Origin: a virus
Lineage: Duplodnaviria > Caudoviricetes
Length of the DNA: 59,708 nt
Reading direction: 5' to 3' (one strand)
IMG/VR virus record: IMGVR_UViG_3300008262_000463
Location: 1 to 59,708 of that record
Positions 57,313 to 59,708 of this stretch are shown one piece after another. The position numbers and the translations under genes are program-made. The stretch's first letter is position 1. Every line of letters starts with the position of its first letter. The notes under the pieces were generated by a model. It was given only the letters and a program-made list of their open reading frames with translations, searched no databases and was not told the DNA's origin.

Positions 57313-58196
57313 TATAGACTACCAAAAGGATTAGATTCAGAGAAATCAATAATTGAATCTGATTCAGTTTTAATTGTTTTGTTACCATAAGAACTATCTG
57401 CAACATTATCCAAATATGGATCATATGTTGTTAAGAAGTACCGTGCATTACTGCTTTGACCAATAACTCTCATATTGGTTGCAAATGTACCTTTGATTGT
57501 AGTGATTGTTAATATGCTAGTATTTGGTGACCAAGTTTGTACGACAGCTTGACACGTAGCATTTGCAAAAGTGTTGTCATTTGATTGATATACAATCTCA
57601 TCTAATTCATATGTGCCTGTACCTGCACCAGTAATCAGTTTAATTGTGTATGCATTTTGTTCAACAATCTCATCAATTTCTTCTGTACCAGTATCAATGA
57701 CTTCTTGTGAATACTTGAATTTCTCTAGTTTCAATTCGTAGAAATATGGCTGTTTGCGACCTAACATATGAAAATCTTTTGACTGTTCTGAAAAAGTAAT
57801 TTCATATAATTCGCCAGTACCATTTAAGAATGGCACATAAACAAGATCACCTTCACGTGGTCTTGTCATTATTGTTTGTGGTACTCTCTGTGCAAAAGAA
57901 CGCTTTGACAACATAACGTTCACGGAATCTTTAATTTCTAAACCAAACTTGGAAAAGAATTCTTGCTGACCTTGGTAATCCAATGGATCAGAAGAAAGAT
58001 ACATTTCTAATGGATATGCAGATTGAAACTTTTTAATTGGATCTTCACCGTACAATAAATCTCTTGCAATATCATTATCATTAGGCAAATAAAATGCATC
58101 AAAGCCCATGATCTTGATAGATTCAACTATTAAATCTTCAATGACCCTTTGTTCTGCATTAGAATTGTAGTTGTTGAAATAAAGATTGGTTGGCAT
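57312..58196 (-). CDS. gp14: Neck protein
   Basis: EDLIVESIKI.G, RPREGDLVY, FSESNPFG. Confidence 0.93.
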   Translation of the reverse strand: MPTNLYFNNYNSNAEQRVIEDLIVESIKIMGFDAFYLPNDNDIARDLLYGEDPIKKFQSAYPLEMYLSSDPLDYQGQQEFFSKFGLEIKDSVNVMLSKRSFAQRVPQTIMTRPREGDLVYVPFLNGTGELYEITFSEQSKDFHMLGRKQPYFYELKLEKFKYSQEVIDTGTEEIDEIVEQNAYTIKLITGAGTGTYELDEIVYQSNDNTFANATCQAVVQTWSPNTSILTITTIKGTFATNMRVIGQSSNARYFLTTYDPYLDNVADSSYGNKTIKTESDSIIDFSESNPFGSL

Positions 58197-58970
58197 TTAG
58201 TTCATGAACCATTCTAGCGGTGCACCATATTCGGATTGCATTTCTGTTTCCAGTTTTTCTATTTCACCAACTGCTTCTTCATAGATTTTATCGCCGTTCA
58301 TTGTAACGCCACCTGGCAATTGTAGACCAGAGAATTTCTTGAGGTTATTTCCCCAAGTTCTTTTGATTAATGCCGTTGTATACTCTTTCATCCAACGGTC
58401 ATTCCATACCCGATTATAAACGGAAGGATCAATGTTGGCATAACACTCTGATACCACTATCATTCCTTCTGGTGCTTGTGAAGTTCCCCAAGACCATTCG
58501 ATGAATAGCTTCTGCATATGTCTCTGGAATCGAATAGGAGTCTCTCCAGAGAACATCAATTCAAGTGACCTAAGGTGCTGCATGGTCAGATTGTAATTGA
58601 CATAGGATGCTGAGGTAAAGTCATAGAGTTCATTCAGACGGAGTTGGTATCTGAGGTCGAACATATTGAAAGTGGCAAGTGAATCATAGATTGGAAATAT
58701 TCTGGTAACACCAACAATATCCAAACGATTATTTGAACTGTCCTGAACTTGGCTCATATCCAAATATTTCTGTTGGATATCTCCAGAAGTTATTCTACGA
58801 ACATAATATATTTTTTGTAAACCATCGAAGTGATAATCTTGCCAGTATTGGAGTGCATCATCGATACGATCCTCTATTTGATCGTCATCAACGTTAATTT
58901 CAATTACCGGGAATCCTAATCTACGAAGGCAGTATTCTTTGAAAGTTCTTCTGTCAGTAACGGCAGGCAT
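58197..58970 (-). CDS. gp13: Neck protein
   Basis: CLRRLG.PVIEINV, QLPGGVTMNG; CATAAATA at 58993-59000. Confidence 0.95.
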   Translation of the reverse strand: MPAVTDRRTFKEYCLRRLGFPVIEINVDDDQIEDRIDDALQYWQDYHFDGLQKIYYVRRITSGDIQQKYLDMSQVQDSSNNRLDIVGVTRIFPIYDSLATFNMFDLRYQLRLNELYDFTSASYVNYNLTMQHLRSLELMFSGETPIRFQRHMQKLFIEWSWGTSQAPEGMIVVSECYANIDPSVYNRVWNDRWMKEYTTALIKRTWGNNLKKFSGLQLPGGVTMNGDKIYEEAVGEIEKLETEMQSEYGAPLEWFMN

Positions 58971-59020
58971 ATTTTGCTCCCTATTATTAGGGTATTTATG
59001 AATGATTTAAAACAGAAAAA

Positions 59021-59708
59021 TTAAGCTATGAATGTTCCTGATGATGTAAATGTGTGGTAAGTATATCCACCAGATGATGTAATAGTTCCACCTGTACCCT
59101 TCTGATTTCCTAAGTAGCGAATAATTACTATACCAGAACCACCTGCTTTTGCTGGATAAGCTGTATTGCCCTGTCCGCCTCCTCCACCACCTGTATTAAT
59201 AGTTCCATCAGTTTGATTGTTTGTACTTAAAGTGCCGCCTTGTCCACCACCACCTTGACCTCCAGCACCACCAGTGCCAATATTGTGTGCACCGCCACCT
59301 CCACCACCTGCATAAAAGGTTCCAAGAGATTCCCAATTAATACCTATACCACCATTGCCACCTAAACCTGATGATGTTTGTGAAGCATTTGCACCAACTG
59401 CATTAGCACCACCGCCACCTCCACCTGAGATATGGTTACCACCAAGGTGATATCCACTACCACCAGCATATCCTTGTCCCGTTGTTCCAGCTCCGCCACT
59501 ATATACTACACCTGCAGTGCTTCCCGTAGCACCTCCTCCAGAACCTCCACTTTTAGCTGCTTCAAAAGCTGGAGCATTTGATCCTCCTCCACCGCCTCCT
59601 CCACCAAAAGCGGTAAGGTTTAATGCGCTAGAATTTGATCCAGTAGAGCCAGCGTTAGTTGCTATAGCACCACCAGAACCAACAACGACTGAATATGTTG
59701 TTCCTGGA
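59021..59708 (-). CDS. Glycine-rich virion/tail fibre protein, C-terminal part (runs off the window edge)
   Basis: YAGGGGGG..NTGGGGGG..GGSGIVIIRY..YTYHTFTSSGTFIA*; no start in the window. Confidence 0.8.
   Translation of the reverse strand, partial: PGTTYSVVVGSGGAIATNAGSTGSNSSALNLTAFGGGGGGGGSNAPAFEAAKSGGSGGGATGSTAGVVYSGGAGTTGQGYAGGSGYHLGGNHISGGGGGGANAVGANASQTSSGLGGNGGIGINWESLGTFYAGGGGGGAHNIGTGGAGGQGGGGQGGTLSTNNQTDGTINTGGGGGGQGNTAYPAKAGGSGIVIIRYLGNQKGTGGTITSSGGYTYHTFTSSGTFIA

Noticed and set aside
59021-59708. CCACC/CCTCC repeats as a tandem repeat or DGR target
   Set aside because: Explained by poly-Gly codons; no reverse transcriptase or template/variable repeat pair seen.

Overview
A 59.7-kb segment of a T4-like (Tevenvirinae-type) myovirus genome, almost entirely on the minus strand. 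It most likely infects a proteobacterium; that host call is inferred from the rubrerythrin, Hsp20, PDF and phasin-like genes. In transcription order (right to left) it carries: neck, tail, terminase, portal and head genes (gp13-gp23); uvsY, uvsW, gp55, gp47/46; a replication block (gp45/44/62, regA, split gp43, uvsX, gp41) interleaved with candidate DNA-modification genes; five tRNAs; a glycosyltransferase cluster; and a block of putative capsid-packaged proteins. Best leads: (1) a separately transcribed 66-nt non-canonical tRNA-Gly-like RNA plus two Mom/DUF4338-like GNAT proteins, a candidate tRNA-dependent DNA hypermodification system; (2) a DNA polymerase split by a free-standing HNH gene, with new charge-complementary helices on each half; (3) a ligase-like protein and a nucleotidyltransferase-kinase carrying T4-type capsid-targeting leaders; (4) internal polyproteins punctuated by EEVEQIDE repeats conserved at DNA level; (5) an OxyR-like box upstream of rubrerythrin-rubredoxin. 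Four abrupt junctions (~15320, ~32889, ~37211, ~44561) remove parts of conserved genes and are probably assembly gaps. All family assignments are from motif recognition by eye; no searches were run.
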